A stretch of DNA of 64,000 bases, taken from NCBI GenBank assembly GCA_963665145.1, contig OY762064.1, positions 1,480,479 through 1,544,478 on the forward strand, given 5' to 3'. The DNA comes from Gammaproteobacteria bacterium. GTDB taxonomy: Bacteria > Pseudomonadota > Gammaproteobacteria > Steroidobacterales > Foliamicaceae. This document shows positions 13,691-23,124 of the stretch, piece after piece; the stretch's first letter is position 1, and each line of letters starts with the position of its first letter. The translations under genes and the position numbers were made by a program. Under the pieces are notes generated by a model. That model made no database searches, was not told the DNA's origin, and saw only the letters and a list, made by a program, of their open reading frames with translations.

Positions 13691-13786
13691 CCGGGGCGTG
13701 GACATTCGGCGCAGCGCGCATCATACTCACTCGCTCGCCAATTTCACCCGGCAACTCCCCTGCGCGGTCACACAACCACGCCCCGG
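13691..13786. repeat. Perfect 11-bp inverted repeat in the metF/MFS divergent intergenic region
   Basis: CCGGGGCGTGG at 13691-13701 and CCACGCCCCGG at 13776-13786. Confidence 0.6.
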
Positions 13787-13813
13787 TCGCTGCCAGGCAA
13801 ACGGCCGCCCGGC

Positions 13814-15034
13814 ATGTCCAAGTCCGCATTATCCACACCCGCTTACCGCCGTTTCCTGATCGGCAGCACGATCACTACCCACGGCCTGTGGATTCTGCGG
13901 CTGGCGTTGGGCTGGCAGGCCTGGCTGCTGACGGAATCGGAGTTCTTCGTGGCCGCCGTCGCGTTCGCCGCTTACTTCCCGGTGGCCGTGCTGGGACCGG
14001 TCTTCGGAGCGTTCGCCGACCGCTGGGACCGGCGCAAGGCCGCGCAGGTATTCAACCTGCTCAATACCGGCATCACCGCCTGCCTGTTCGGGCTGTCCAG
14101 CTTCGGCCTGATGACGCCGGCGGCATTGTTCCTGCTGGCCATGGGCTTCGGGATATTCAGCGCCGGATATACGCCGATGCGCCTGGCGTTGATGGCCAAC
14201 CTGGTGCCCTCCATGCAACTGGCCAGCGCCGTCGGATTGGGGGCGGTCAGTTTCAACCTCGCCCGCGTCATCGGGCCCGTGTTCGGCGGCTACCTGATCA
14301 AGTTCTTCGGCGTGGCGCCGGCCTTCGGCCTGAGCTCAGCCACCTTCTTAGGCATGGGCTGGGTGCTTTGGGGCATGAAGCTGCAGCCCGGCACACGCGA
14401 CCTGGAACGCCAGATCGGGCTGGGCCGCCTATTGAGCGACGGCGTCAAGTACACCCTCGGTCATCCTGCGATCCGCTACTACCTGGTGCTGGTGCTGATC
14501 GGCGCAACTTTTGGCCGCGCCCTGTTCGAACTGATGGCCCCCTACGCCGCCGACGTATTCGGTCGCGGCAGCGACGGGATGTCCCTTTTGATTTCCTCTT
14601 TCGGGGTCGGCGCCATAGGCGGCGGCCTGTGGGTGGCCCGCAACAAGGAACTGCGGCAGCTGCGCAAGTCGGCTGCCGTATGCACCGCGCTGACCGGTCT
14701 GCTGATCATTTCCTTCGGCTTTACCGGCGATTTCTGGCTGGCGATGCTGCAGCTGCCGATTCTCGGCTGCGTACTCACGATCTGCGGCGTAGGATCGCAG
14801 ACGCTCACGCAGACGGTCGTCGAAGAGAAGTACCGCGGCCGCGTGATGAGTCTTTGGAGCGTCGTGGCCTTCGGCGGCGTGGCATTGGGCAGCGCGACGC
14901 TGGGCGGCTGGGCGCAGTCGATCGGACTGACCACCGCTACCGTCTACTGGGGCGTCGTGGCGGCATGCCTGGGATTCGTCGCCCTGCTGGCGCTCAAGCG
15001 GGTCCCCGAGCCGGAAGCGGCCGGCGCTTCCTGA
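13814..15034 (+). CDS. MFS transporter (H+ antiporter / MFS_3-like)
   Basis: About 12 hydrophobic segments; GAFADRWDRRK motif A; YRGRVMS. Confidence 0.88.
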   Translation: MSKSALSTPAYRRFLIGSTITTHGLWILRLALGWQAWLLTESEFFVAAVAFAAYFPVAVLGPVFGAFADRWDRRKAAQVFNLLNTGITACLFGLSSFGLMTPAALFLLAMGFGIFSAGYTPMRLALMANLVPSMQLASAVGLGAVSFNLARVIGPVFGGYLIKFFGVAPAFGLSSATFLGMGWVLWGMKLQPGTRDLERQIGLGRLLSDGVKYTLGHPAIRYYLVLVLIGATFGRALFELMAPYAADVFGRGSDGMSLLISSFGVGAIGGGLWVARNKELRQLRKSAAVCTALTGLLIISFGFTGDFWLAMLQLPILGCVLTICGVGSQTLTQTVVEEKYRGRVMSLWSVVAFGGVALGSATLGGWAQSIGLTTATVYWGVVAACLGFVALLALKRVPEPEAAGAS

Positions 15035-15036
15035 CC

Positions 15037-16245
15037 CTATTCGTGACGCAGCGCTTCGATCGGGTCCAGCATTGACGCGCGGCGTGCTGGCCAAAGTCCG
15101 AAGACGATCCCGATCAGCAGGCTGCAGCCCAGCCCCACGGCTATCGATTCCGCCGCCACCACGGTTTGCCAGTTGAAGAACCGGGCAAGCAGCACGGAGG
15201 CGCCCCACCCGCCTGCCACGCCGAGCAGGCCGCCGAGCAGGCAGAGCAGCGAGGACTCCACCAGGATCTGCGACATGATCGCGGCGCGCGTGGCGCCGAT
15301 CGCGCGGCGCACTCCGATCTCGCGGGTCCGCTCGGCCACCGTCACCAGCATGATGTTCATGATGCCGATTCCGCCCACCACCAGGCTCACGCCGGCGATC
15401 GCCGGCAGCAGCAGGGCGAAGATGCGGGTGGTCTCCTCCTGCACTTCCAGGAACTGCTTGCGGTCCAGGATGCCGAAGTCGTTGTCCTGACCGGGCCGGA
15501 TGCGATGCTCCCGGCGCAGTATGCGCTCGACGTCCACCAGCGCCTGTTCCACCGCCGATCCCTGGCGGATCTGCACATCCATGCTCTCGAGGCGATCGCT
15601 GCCGGTGACGCGGTACTGCGCGGTGGAAAGCGGCACCAGCACGTCGTCGTTGGGATTCTGCATGCCCACCGACCCGGTCTCCTCCAGCACGCCGATGACT
15701 TCAAACGGAACGCCGCCTAGCAGCACCGATTGCCCCAGGAGCGCTTCCGCCGTGGTTTCCAGCTTCTCCGGCACCTGACTTCCCAGCACCGCCACCCGCA
15801 AGCGCGCATCTTCTTCCGCCGCAACGAACATGCGCCCGGAGGCGATCCTGTAGCGGTGCAACTCCGGATACTCGATGGTGGATCCCACCAGTTCCACGCG
15901 GGTGTTGCGGTTGCCGAACTCGAATTGCAGGCGCTGGGTGATCTTGGGCACGACCTTCTCAAGATGCCGCGCGTCCTTCCGCAACGCAACGGAATCGTCC
16001 GAACTGAGGCTGCTGTTTTCCAGCGACACGCCCCAGAACCTGCGCTGCGAATTGGTGACCGCGAGAATGTCGGCCCCCAGCGCCTCCATCTGCTCCTCGA
16101 CCGCCCGCTGCGCGCCGGTACCCAGCGATACCATCGTGACCACCGCGGAGACGCCGATGATCATGCCCAGCATGGTCAGCAGGGCGCGAAACAGGTTGGC
16201 GCCGATCGACTCGAGCGCCTGGCGCAACACGTCAAGAAAATACAT
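15037..16245 (-). CDS. ABC transporter permease, MacB/FtsX family
   Basis: RALLTMLGMIIGVSAVV, VGGIGIMNIMLVTVAERTREIGVRRAIGA, LDPIEALRHE. Confidence 0.92.
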   Translation of the reverse strand: MYFLDVLRQALESIGANLFRALLTMLGMIIGVSAVVTMVSLGTGAQRAVEEQMEALGADILAVTNSQRRFWGVSLENSSLSSDDSVALRKDARHLEKVVPKITQRLQFEFGNRNTRVELVGSTIEYPELHRYRIASGRMFVAAEEDARLRVAVLGSQVPEKLETTAEALLGQSVLLGGVPFEVIGVLEETGSVGMQNPNDDVLVPLSTAQYRVTGSDRLESMDVQIRQGSAVEQALVDVERILRREHRIRPGQDNDFGILDRKQFLEVQEETTRIFALLLPAIAGVSLVVGGIGIMNIMLVTVAERTREIGVRRAIGATRAAIMSQILVESSLLCLLGGLLGVAGGWGASVLLARFFNWQTVVAAESIAVGLGCSLLIGIVFGLWPARRASMLDPIEALRHE

Positions 16246-16329
16246 CGCCCGGAAAGCCTAGCGGAAACCGCATCGCCTGCAAGAATAGCCGATAATCGAA
16301 AGCTGAAGCGGCACGATTGGAGAATGCAA

Positions 16330-17637
16330 ATGAAACGCCTGGCGCAAGTCCTGGCCTGGGGCCTTGCTCTGCCATTTCTCGCCGGCCCTGCGATTGCCGC
16401 GCCCGAAACGCCGCCGAACATCGTCCTGATCCTTGCCGACGATCTAGGCTACGGCGATATCGGCGCGTATGGCGCCAGGCTGATCAAGACGCCGAACATT
16501 GACCGATTGGCGGAAGAAGGCGTTCGATTGACGGGCTTCTACGCCAGCAGCAATGTCTGCACTCCTTCGAGGGCCGGACTGCTGACCGGGCGTTACGCGG
16601 TGCGGGACGGGCTGGCCGCCCGGACCGTGACCATCAATGACACGCGTGGACTGCCGCCCGGCGCGACCACGATCGCAAGCCTGCTGAAAACCCACGGTTA
16701 CCGCACCGCCCTGATCGGCAAGTGGCACCTCGGCCACCATTCACAAGCGCAACGACCCAATGCACAGGGGTTCGACCTGTTCTACGGACTCCTGCATCCC
16801 AATGACGATCACCAGCCGCTTTACCGAAACACCCGGGCAAGCACGGAGCCCCTGGTGCAAAGCGCACTGATGCGGCGCTTTACGGAGGAAGCCGAACGGT
16901 TTATCGGCCAGAGCGACGATCAGCCCTTTTTCCTGTACATGTCGCATACCGCGCCGCACATCCCGCTGGCGCCGTCTCCCGGGTTCGCCGGTTCTTCCGA
17001 GGCGGGCGCTTACGGCGATGTCGTCCAGGAGCTGGACTGGAGCGTCGGACGGTTGCTGGACGCCCTTGAGAGCAAAGGCATCGCCGAGAACACCCTGGTG
17101 ATCTTCACCAGCGACAACGGCCCGTTCCCGGAAGGCAGCGCCGGGGGCTTGCGCGGCGGCAAGGCCACGGCCTGGGACGGCGGTTATCGCGTACCGTTCG
17201 TTTCACGCTGGCCCGGGCGCATCCCGGCCGGCAGCACCAGCGGCGTCATTGCCATGAACATCGACCTGCTGCCGACCATGGTGGCGATCGCCGGCGCATC
17301 AAAGCTTGATCCCGCGACCCTCGATGGCCATGACCTGCTGCCGGTCCTGACCGGCAAGTCGGACGAATCGCCGCATGAGGCCTTGTATTTCTTCAACCAC
17401 GACCGCATCGCCGCGGTGCGCACGCAGGACTGGAGAATGGTGGTCCGCGCCGATTACCGCAACATCGAGCGGCATCTGCCGGAACACGATGTCCTGCTGC
17501 TGTTCGACATGCGCAAGGACCCTCAGGAAAGCTACAGCCTCGCGGCCCACCGCCCCGACAAGTGGGGCGAACTGCAAGCGCTGCTGGAGAGCGGGCAGCG
17601 TAAGCTTGAGTCCCCGGCGCAAGAACCCTCGCCCTGA
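16330..17637 (+). CDS. Secreted arylsulfatase-family sulfatase
   Basis: Signal peptide; PNIVLILADDLGYGD; formylglycine motif CTPSRAGLLTG; GKWHLG; IFTSDNG. Confidence 0.92.
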   Translation: MKRLAQVLAWGLALPFLAGPAIAAPETPPNIVLILADDLGYGDIGAYGARLIKTPNIDRLAEEGVRLTGFYASSNVCTPSRAGLLTGRYAVRDGLAARTVTINDTRGLPPGATTIASLLKTHGYRTALIGKWHLGHHSQAQRPNAQGFDLFYGLLHPNDDHQPLYRNTRASTEPLVQSALMRRFTEEAERFIGQSDDQPFFLYMSHTAPHIPLAPSPGFAGSSEAGAYGDVVQELDWSVGRLLDALESKGIAENTLVIFTSDNGPFPEGSAGGLRGGKATAWDGGYRVPFVSRWPGRIPAGSTSGVIAMNIDLLPTMVAIAGASKLDPATLDGHDLLPVLTGKSDESPHEALYFFNHDRIAAVRTQDWRMVVRADYRNIERHLPEHDVLLLFDMRKDPQESYSLAAHRPDKWGELQALLESGQRKLESPAQEPSP

Positions 17638-19235
17638 GTTCCTGGGACTACATCGTCGTGGGCGCCGGTTCGGCGGGTTGCGTGCTGGCCAACCGCCTGT
17701 CGGCGAATCCCGACAACCGGGTCCTGCTGATGGAGGCCGGGGGCTTCGACCGCTCGCTGTATATCCGCATGCCGGCGGCGATCATTCGCGCCATCGGCAA
17801 TCCGAAGATCGACTGGTGCTATCAGGCGGAGCCCGACCCCAGCCGCAATGACCGTATTGATCTATGGCCGGCCGGCAAGACCCTGGGGGGCAGCAGTTCC
17901 ATCAACGGCATGCTCTACGTGCGCGGCGCCGCAGGAGATTTCGATCGGTGGGAGGCGGAAGGCTGCGAAGGCTGGAGCTACGCCGACGTTCTGCCCTTCT
18001 TCAAGCGCATGGAAGCCACGCCCCTGGGGGACGACCGCTATCGAGGCCGAACGGGCCCGGTACGCACCGCGGCCCTGAGAACCACCCATCCGCTGGCCCA
18101 CACCTTCGTGCGCGCGGCTGCCGACGCTGGCATCTCGGTGAACGAGGACTACAACGGCGCGCTGCAGGAAGGCGTGGCCTTTACGGAAGTCAACCAGCAG
18201 CGGGGGCGCCGCTACAACGCGGCCCGGGCCTACCTCCACCCGGTGCGCCATCGCCGAAATCTGACGGTCCGCACCCATAGTGAATGCCGGCGGCTGGTGG
18301 TCGAGAACGGCCGCTGCGTCGGCGTGGAGTATCGAAGAGGCGCCGAACTACACCGGGTCGTTGCCCGTTGCGAGGTGATCCTGTGTGCCGGCGCCATCGC
18401 TTCTCCCAGACTCCTGATGCTGTCGGGAATCGGCCCGGCCGATCAGTTGCGAGAAGCGGGCATCGACGTCGTTCAGGACCTGCAAGGCGTAGGGGCGAAT
18501 CTCCAGGAACACCCCGAGGGCATGGTCGGTATCGACGTGAACGTGTCCACCTACAACACCGAGATCAACAGCTGGAAGATCGTCCTGCACGGGCTGAACT
18601 GGCTGCTGTTCGGGCGCGGGCCCGCCACCAGTCCCTACCCGCATGCGGTCGCATTCATTCGCTCCACACCGGACCAGCCACGCCCGGACATCCAGGTGCA
18701 ACTCGGTCCCTACGCGTTCAGCTTCTCGGAAGAAGGAGTCATTCCCTATGACCGGCCGGCCATTTCCGCGGCCATCAATATCTCCTATCCCCGGTCGCGG
18801 GGCAGCATCCGGCTGCGTAGCGCGGACCCGGAAGCGCCACCCGTCATTTCTCACGCGCTGCTGGCTGACGATGACGACGTGGACCGGCTGATCAAGGGCT
18901 GCCGGAAAGTAAGAGAGATACTCAACGGCCCGGCATTCGCACCGTACCGCATCGGCGAGCGCCTGCCGGGTCCGGAGGTGCAAAGCGACGCCGAGTGGCG
19001 CGACTATCTGCGCCAAACCGCGTTTCTCGGCTATCACCCCAGCGGCACCTGCAAGATGGGCAACGACGCGCTGGCGGTCACCCGGCCCGATCTCACGGTG
19101 CGCGGCATCGACGGGCTTAGGATTGCCGACGCGTCGGTGATCCCCAGTCTGACCAGCGGCAACACCAACGCCACCGTGATGATGATCGGCGAACGAGCAG
19201 CGGACTTCGTCCACAATAGGGGCCGCAGCCCATGA
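17634..19235 (+). CDS. GMC oxidoreductase (choline dehydrogenase-like); probable CTG start
   Basis: WDYIVVGAGSAGCVLANRLS, GKTLGGSSSINGM, YHPSGTCKMG, SGNTNAT. An in-frame stop at 17607 leaves CTG 17634 as the only near-cognate start that keeps the first Rossmann strand. Confidence 0.88.
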   Translation: MSSWDYIVVGAGSAGCVLANRLSANPDNRVLLMEAGGFDRSLYIRMPAAIIRAIGNPKIDWCYQAEPDPSRNDRIDLWPAGKTLGGSSSINGMLYVRGAAGDFDRWEAEGCEGWSYADVLPFFKRMEATPLGDDRYRGRTGPVRTAALRTTHPLAHTFVRAAADAGISVNEDYNGALQEGVAFTEVNQQRGRRYNAARAYLHPVRHRRNLTVRTHSECRRLVVENGRCVGVEYRRGAELHRVVARCEVILCAGAIASPRLLMLSGIGPADQLREAGIDVVQDLQGVGANLQEHPEGMVGIDVNVSTYNTEINSWKIVLHGLNWLLFGRGPATSPYPHAVAFIRSTPDQPRPDIQVQLGPYAFSFSEEGVIPYDRPAISAAINISYPRSRGSIRLRSADPEAPPVISHALLADDDDVDRLIKGCRKVREILNGPAFAPYRIGERLPGPEVQSDAEWRDYLRQTAFLGYHPSGTCKMGNDALAVTRPDLTVRGIDGLRIADASVIPSLTSGNTNATVMMIGERAADFVHNRGRSP

Positions 19236-19300
19236 CGCCGATCGACACGGCGCTCAAGGCGTCAACTATCGGGCCACTGATACAACAGAGAAGGTAGAAC

Positions 19301-20194
19301 ATGGTAAACAGACGCACTTTTGTCACCGCCGCGGCAGGCGCGACCGGCACTCTCCTCGGCGCCGGGGCGCTTCAGGCCCGGGCTCCCGGTTCAATCAGCC
19401 CGCCGGTCAGTCAGGTTGTCTCCGAGTTCCTGTATTTCGATGACCCGGTGGAGGAGTTTCGCGCCCACATGCGAATGGGACGGGACCTGGTTGCGGAGCA
19501 GGGGAGCACTCTTACCTGGTATCACTGGCTCGTTTTCGTCATTCCGGGTGGACGGCGCCCGGAACCATTGTTGCGGTACGAAGGGATGGAGTTCAGCTAC
19601 TTCCGGCATCTCGGCAACAACAACTACCGTATCCATGCTCACAACGTTTCCTTCCCGCGGGACCTCAAGACCAATGCATTTACCCAAACGGTCACGAATC
19701 CCATAACCGGTGAACGTGTTGACGTGCCGGTGTCATCGCTGCTGCACGATCCGGGGACCATTGGAGGGCCTACGGGCTTCCGCAACCTCAACGGCGACGG
19801 TTCCGCCCAGAACCCCTTCCGCCAGTTTCGAGTTGAAAACGACCTCATAAAGCTCGATGTCGTGCGTAGCGCCCCACCCGATTGGCCGGCAACCCATATC
19901 GAAAACTCCTGCAGTTGGGTGGAATTCGACCTGTTCGCAAACGAGACCATTACGTCGCTCCCCGTTCACTTTTGCGGCCATTACGCGTACGAACATCCCA
20001 AGTGGCTGAAGATGCCCGAAGGCATGGGCCACCTGGCGGGGTTCTGGGACGGCAAGAAGCTCAACTCGGTAGCGGAATTGCCTCGGGAGTTTCTTGACCG
20101 AATGGAGCGCGAGTATCCGGAATTGCTGGAGCCGCGCTGGGGGGAATTCGAGCGTAAGATATCTTTCGACCTCAGCATTCCGGGAGCAGCATAA
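19301..20194 (+). CDS. DUF1838-like protein with Tat signal (paralog 1)
   Basis: NRRTFV signal; EPLLRYEG; NPITGE; C-terminal KLNSVAELP...YPE shared with the other paralogs. Confidence 0.7.
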   Translation: MVNRRTFVTAAAGATGTLLGAGALQARAPGSISPPVSQVVSEFLYFDDPVEEFRAHMRMGRDLVAEQGSTLTWYHWLVFVIPGGRRPEPLLRYEGMEFSYFRHLGNNNYRIHAHNVSFPRDLKTNAFTQTVTNPITGERVDVPVSSLLHDPGTIGGPTGFRNLNGDGSAQNPFRQFRVENDLIKLDVVRSAPPDWPATHIENSCSWVEFDLFANETITSLPVHFCGHYAYEHPKWLKMPEGMGHLAGFWDGKKLNSVAELPREFLDRMEREYPELLEPRWGEFERKISFDLSIPGAA

Positions 20195-20721
20195 TGACAA
20201 ACGCGATCAGCAACAGGAGGGCAGAACAGTTCCCGAGCCTTGCGATGCCGCTGGTAGCGCTGATGCTGCTGTCGCCGATCGGCGCTGGAGCCGATGAAAG
20301 CGGCGTCGTGCGCTTGTCGGAGCCCGTCGAGGCAACCGACACGCACGAGACCTTCGGCGCCAGCATGCCGGAAGCGGGACACGCAATGGCGCTTGCCGAC
20401 TTGCTTGCGGACGCTGACCGTTACCTGGACCGCGAAGTCAAGGTCACGACCCGCGTTGCCCAGGTTTGCCAGAAGAAGGGATGTTTCTTCATCGCGGAGG
20501 ACGAAAGCCATACCGCGCGTGTGTCGTTCAAGGACTACGGCTTCTTCGTACCCTCGGACATCAGTGGGCGAACCGTAACCCTGGCGGGCGAATTACAGCG
20601 CAAGGACTTGTCGGCCGAACAGGCCGACCATTACAACGAGGACATGAAGGCCGAGTCCACCGTAAAGCCCGGGCCGCAATACGAGATCGTGGCCACCTCA
20701 GTGCGCGTGCCTCGAGCGTAG
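20194..20721 (+). CDS. DUF4920-like exported protein (OB-fold-like)
   Basis: Signal-like N-terminus; VCQKKGCFF and VSFKDYGFFVP. TAATG overlap with the upstream gene; the start may be later. Confidence 0.7.
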   Translation: MTNAISNRRAEQFPSLAMPLVALMLLSPIGAGADESGVVRLSEPVEATDTHETFGASMPEAGHAMALADLLADADRYLDREVKVTTRVAQVCQKKGCFFIAEDESHTARVSFKDYGFFVPSDISGRTVTLAGELQRKDLSAEQADHYNEDMKAESTVKPGPQYEIVATSVRVPRA

Positions 20722-20728
20722 CGTGAGC

Positions 20729-21988
20729 TCAGGCATCCCATAGCATACTGACCGGCATCCCGAACAATCCGGAGCCTGTCTTCTGAACATGCTCGCCGTC
20801 ATGCAGCACGATCCCGCAGACGAAACTCTCGCCGGCGACCTCCCTCAGCCGCTCGAGTCCCCGGAAGTCCCGAGGCCGCAAGGTCGCGCCGGCTTTGACT
20901 TCAATACCAACCATTGTGCCGGGCGAGCGTTCCAGGATCAGGTCCACTTCCACGCCATCCTTGTCCCGATAGTGGCTGATCGTTGCCGTCTCTGGGGACA
21001 GTGCGACGGCCTTGGCAAGCTCCGCATAGACAAAACACTCAAGTAGCGGACCCAAGGACTGGCGATTCCCCGCAACTTCCCTTGTTCCCGTCCGCCGGAG
21101 TGCAGCCAGCAATCCGGAATCCAGAAAATGCAGCTTCGGCGCCTTGACGAGCCGTTTCAATCCGCTACGGCGCCAGGCGCGCACGCGTCGCACCACAAAC
21201 ATGTGCTCAAGCAAGACAAGCCAGCGGTCCACCGTCTTGCTGTCGACGCTGAGCCGAGTTCCGAGTTGAGACATGTTGAGAAGCTGGCCGGCCGATACAG
21301 CTGCATGGTCGACTAGCCGGACCATTTCATCGAGCTTTGTGACAGCGGCGATGTCGGAAACATCGCGCTCAGCCAGCGAACGCGCATAGGCGCGAAACCA
21401 GGCCCGGCGGCGCGCAGGCACGGGGCGCGACAGCACTTCGGGAAAACCGCCGGCGACCACCCTCTCGATCAGGTCGTCTATCACACCCTTGGCCGCAAAG
21501 GCCGGAAAGTCACCGGAGAACGCACGCTCGAGAAACCGGGATGGTCCGGTGGCGGCAATTTCGGCTTGCGAGAATGGCAACAGTTCGATGGTTTCGACGC
21601 GGCCGGCCAAAGAATCGGGAGACATCGATCCCTTGAAGAGATCGACTGAGCCCGTAATCAGGTAGCTTCCGGGGTGGGGATTTTCGTCGACCCTTTTCTT
21701 GAGAGCGAGAATAAGTTCCGGGGCGCGCTGCACCTCATCGAACGCAGCAAACGGCAGGCCTCGCACGAGACCCATTGGATCATCCCGGGCGAACTGCCTG
21801 AACTGAACATCGTCCAAGGTGATGAAAGGACGGTTCTCGTCACGGGCAATGCGCTGTGCGAGCGTCGTCTTGCCGGACTGACGCGGTCCAACGATGGCGA
21901 CGATGCGGGTGTCCGTTAGCGCCGTACGAATCGGCTCCTCGGCGTGCCGCTTCACAAATGATTCGATTTTGGCCGGCCGGTTCGGCAT
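20729..21988 (-). CDS. AAA-family ATP-binding protein with DUF4143 C-terminal domain
   Basis: Walker A GPRQSGKT; FDEVQRAPE; LITGS; SLAGR; PKLHFLDSGL; HYRDKDGVEVDLILE; IEVKAG. Confidence 0.88.
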   Translation of the reverse strand: MPNRPAKIESFVKRHAEEPIRTALTDTRIVAIVGPRQSGKTTLAQRIARDENRPFITLDDVQFRQFARDDPMGLVRGLPFAAFDEVQRAPELILALKKRVDENPHPGSYLITGSVDLFKGSMSPDSLAGRVETIELLPFSQAEIAATGPSRFLERAFSGDFPAFAAKGVIDDLIERVVAGGFPEVLSRPVPARRRAWFRAYARSLAERDVSDIAAVTKLDEMVRLVDHAAVSAGQLLNMSQLGTRLSVDSKTVDRWLVLLEHMFVVRRVRAWRRSGLKRLVKAPKLHFLDSGLLAALRRTGTREVAGNRQSLGPLLECFVYAELAKAVALSPETATISHYRDKDGVEVDLILERSPGTMVGIEVKAGATLRPRDFRGLERLREVAGESFVCGIVLHDGEHVQKTGSGLFGMPVSMLWDA

Positions 21989-22016
21989 GGTGTCTCGTCC
22001 GCTCCGGATTGGTTCT

Positions 22017-22052
22017 CCGTCTGATTCGGACTATAACACCGTCTATTTCGGA
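22017..22052 (-). promoter_or_regulatory. Two 14-bp direct repeats (22-bp period) around an extended -10-like box upstream of the ATPase gene
   Basis: CCGTCTGATTCGGA (22017) and CCGTCTATTTCGGA (22039); TGtTATAGT on the minus strand at 22030-22038. Confidence 0.45.
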
Positions 22053-22176
22053 ATGCCTGCTAACGCTACACCTTACGCAACGGCATAGCGCCCTCGCCGA
22101 ACGGCGCCACGCGCCTCATGACTTCAGCAGCGCCGCCGGATCTTCAGTCGAGTCTCCTGGGTTCGCAGGTCCGCCG

Positions 22177-23115
22177 CTACCCGCCGAACGCATCCAGCGC
22201 GGCTTCAGGGTCCTCCACCACATCGGGGTGCAGCCGCCGCGTGTAGGCCAGAAAATCCTCCGGCAAATCGTCGATCGACCTGGCCCTGGCGCCGTGGCCG
22301 TTCGAAGACGTGTGACCAGGAACGTCGCCCATGTGCATCCACGGCCGCCAACTGGTCATCGCCGAGTAGTTCACGAGAGCGTCTACCCGGGTCAGGTTCG
22401 GGTCCAGCACGTCGTCAAGCGGCGCGGACCAGACCGTGGATTCCTTGTAGAACATGTTGGGAATGTCGCTGTCAGTGGGCCGGACACGGCCGTGTTCCTC
22501 GTGACGCAGAAGCAGCGTGCCGTCCCGGACATATTCCGGATGAATGGACTTGGTCATTTGCACGGCTGCGGCCGGTGAGAAGGCCTCCTGCGTGGTGCCC
22601 TCCTGCGGCTCGAACTCCTCTCTTTCATCGAGGCGAACGGCAAACCGGGTGGTGGTGGGACCGAATCGGAATGCGGGCACCTCCACTTCCCGGTTCGTGA
22701 ACGGCATCACCAGTGTATCCAGCAGTTCCCAGGTCTCGAAATCCGTGTAGTGGGTGATTTCAAGGACAAGCGCTTCGAACAGGTCATCGGAGACTTGCCG
22801 ATAGCGGCCGAACACCGCACTGATGAGCCCGCAAAGCGGTTCGATACGCCCCCGCGATATGGAAAACCTCTTCGCCCGCAGCCAGCCGATTACGAGTTCG
22901 GAATCCAGGCTGCCGCGCATCTTGACCAGGGCGCGCAGAAGGTCCGGTTCACGGGTGAGGTCAAGTTCCCCGGCTGCCGAGGCGCGTAACGGAAGCATTC
23001 CGGGACCCAGCAAGGCGGCGCCCGCAAGCAGCGATTGGCACAGGCGTCGGCGGGTTGGCGACACGCCGGGGCCGGGTTCGGAATGAGGTTGAATCGGGAA
23101 CTGGATGAGCGACAT
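22177..23115 (-). CDS. DUF1838-like protein with Tat signal (paralog 2)
   Basis: TRRRLC signal; LDLTREPD; MPFTNREVEV; WRPWMHMGDVPG. Confidence 0.68.
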   Translation of the reverse strand: MSLIQFPIQPHSEPGPGVSPTRRRLCQSLLAGAALLGPGMLPLRASAAGELDLTREPDLLRALVKMRGSLDSELVIGWLRAKRFSISRGRIEPLCGLISAVFGRYRQVSDDLFEALVLEITHYTDFETWELLDTLVMPFTNREVEVPAFRFGPTTTRFAVRLDEREEFEPQEGTTQEAFSPAAAVQMTKSIHPEYVRDGTLLLRHEEHGRVRPTDSDIPNMFYKESTVWSAPLDDVLDPNLTRVDALVNYSAMTSWRPWMHMGDVPGHTSSNGHGARARSIDDLPEDFLAYTRRLHPDVVEDPEAALDAFGG

Positions 23116-23124
23116 GGCGTCTCC

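Noticed and set aside
13684-13813. SAM, SAH or cobalamin riboswitch upstream of metF-metH
   Set aside because: No consensus elements recognised by eye; an Rfam scan would be needed to exclude it formally.
12898-15075. 725-aa plus-strand ORF across metF and the MFS gene
   Set aside because: Overlaps genes with clear family motifs in other frames; Arg/Ala/Gly-rich shadow composition.
20729-21988. DUF4143 ATPase as a mobile element or defence system
   Set aside because: No transposase, terminal repeats or partner effector gene seen; the family function is not established.
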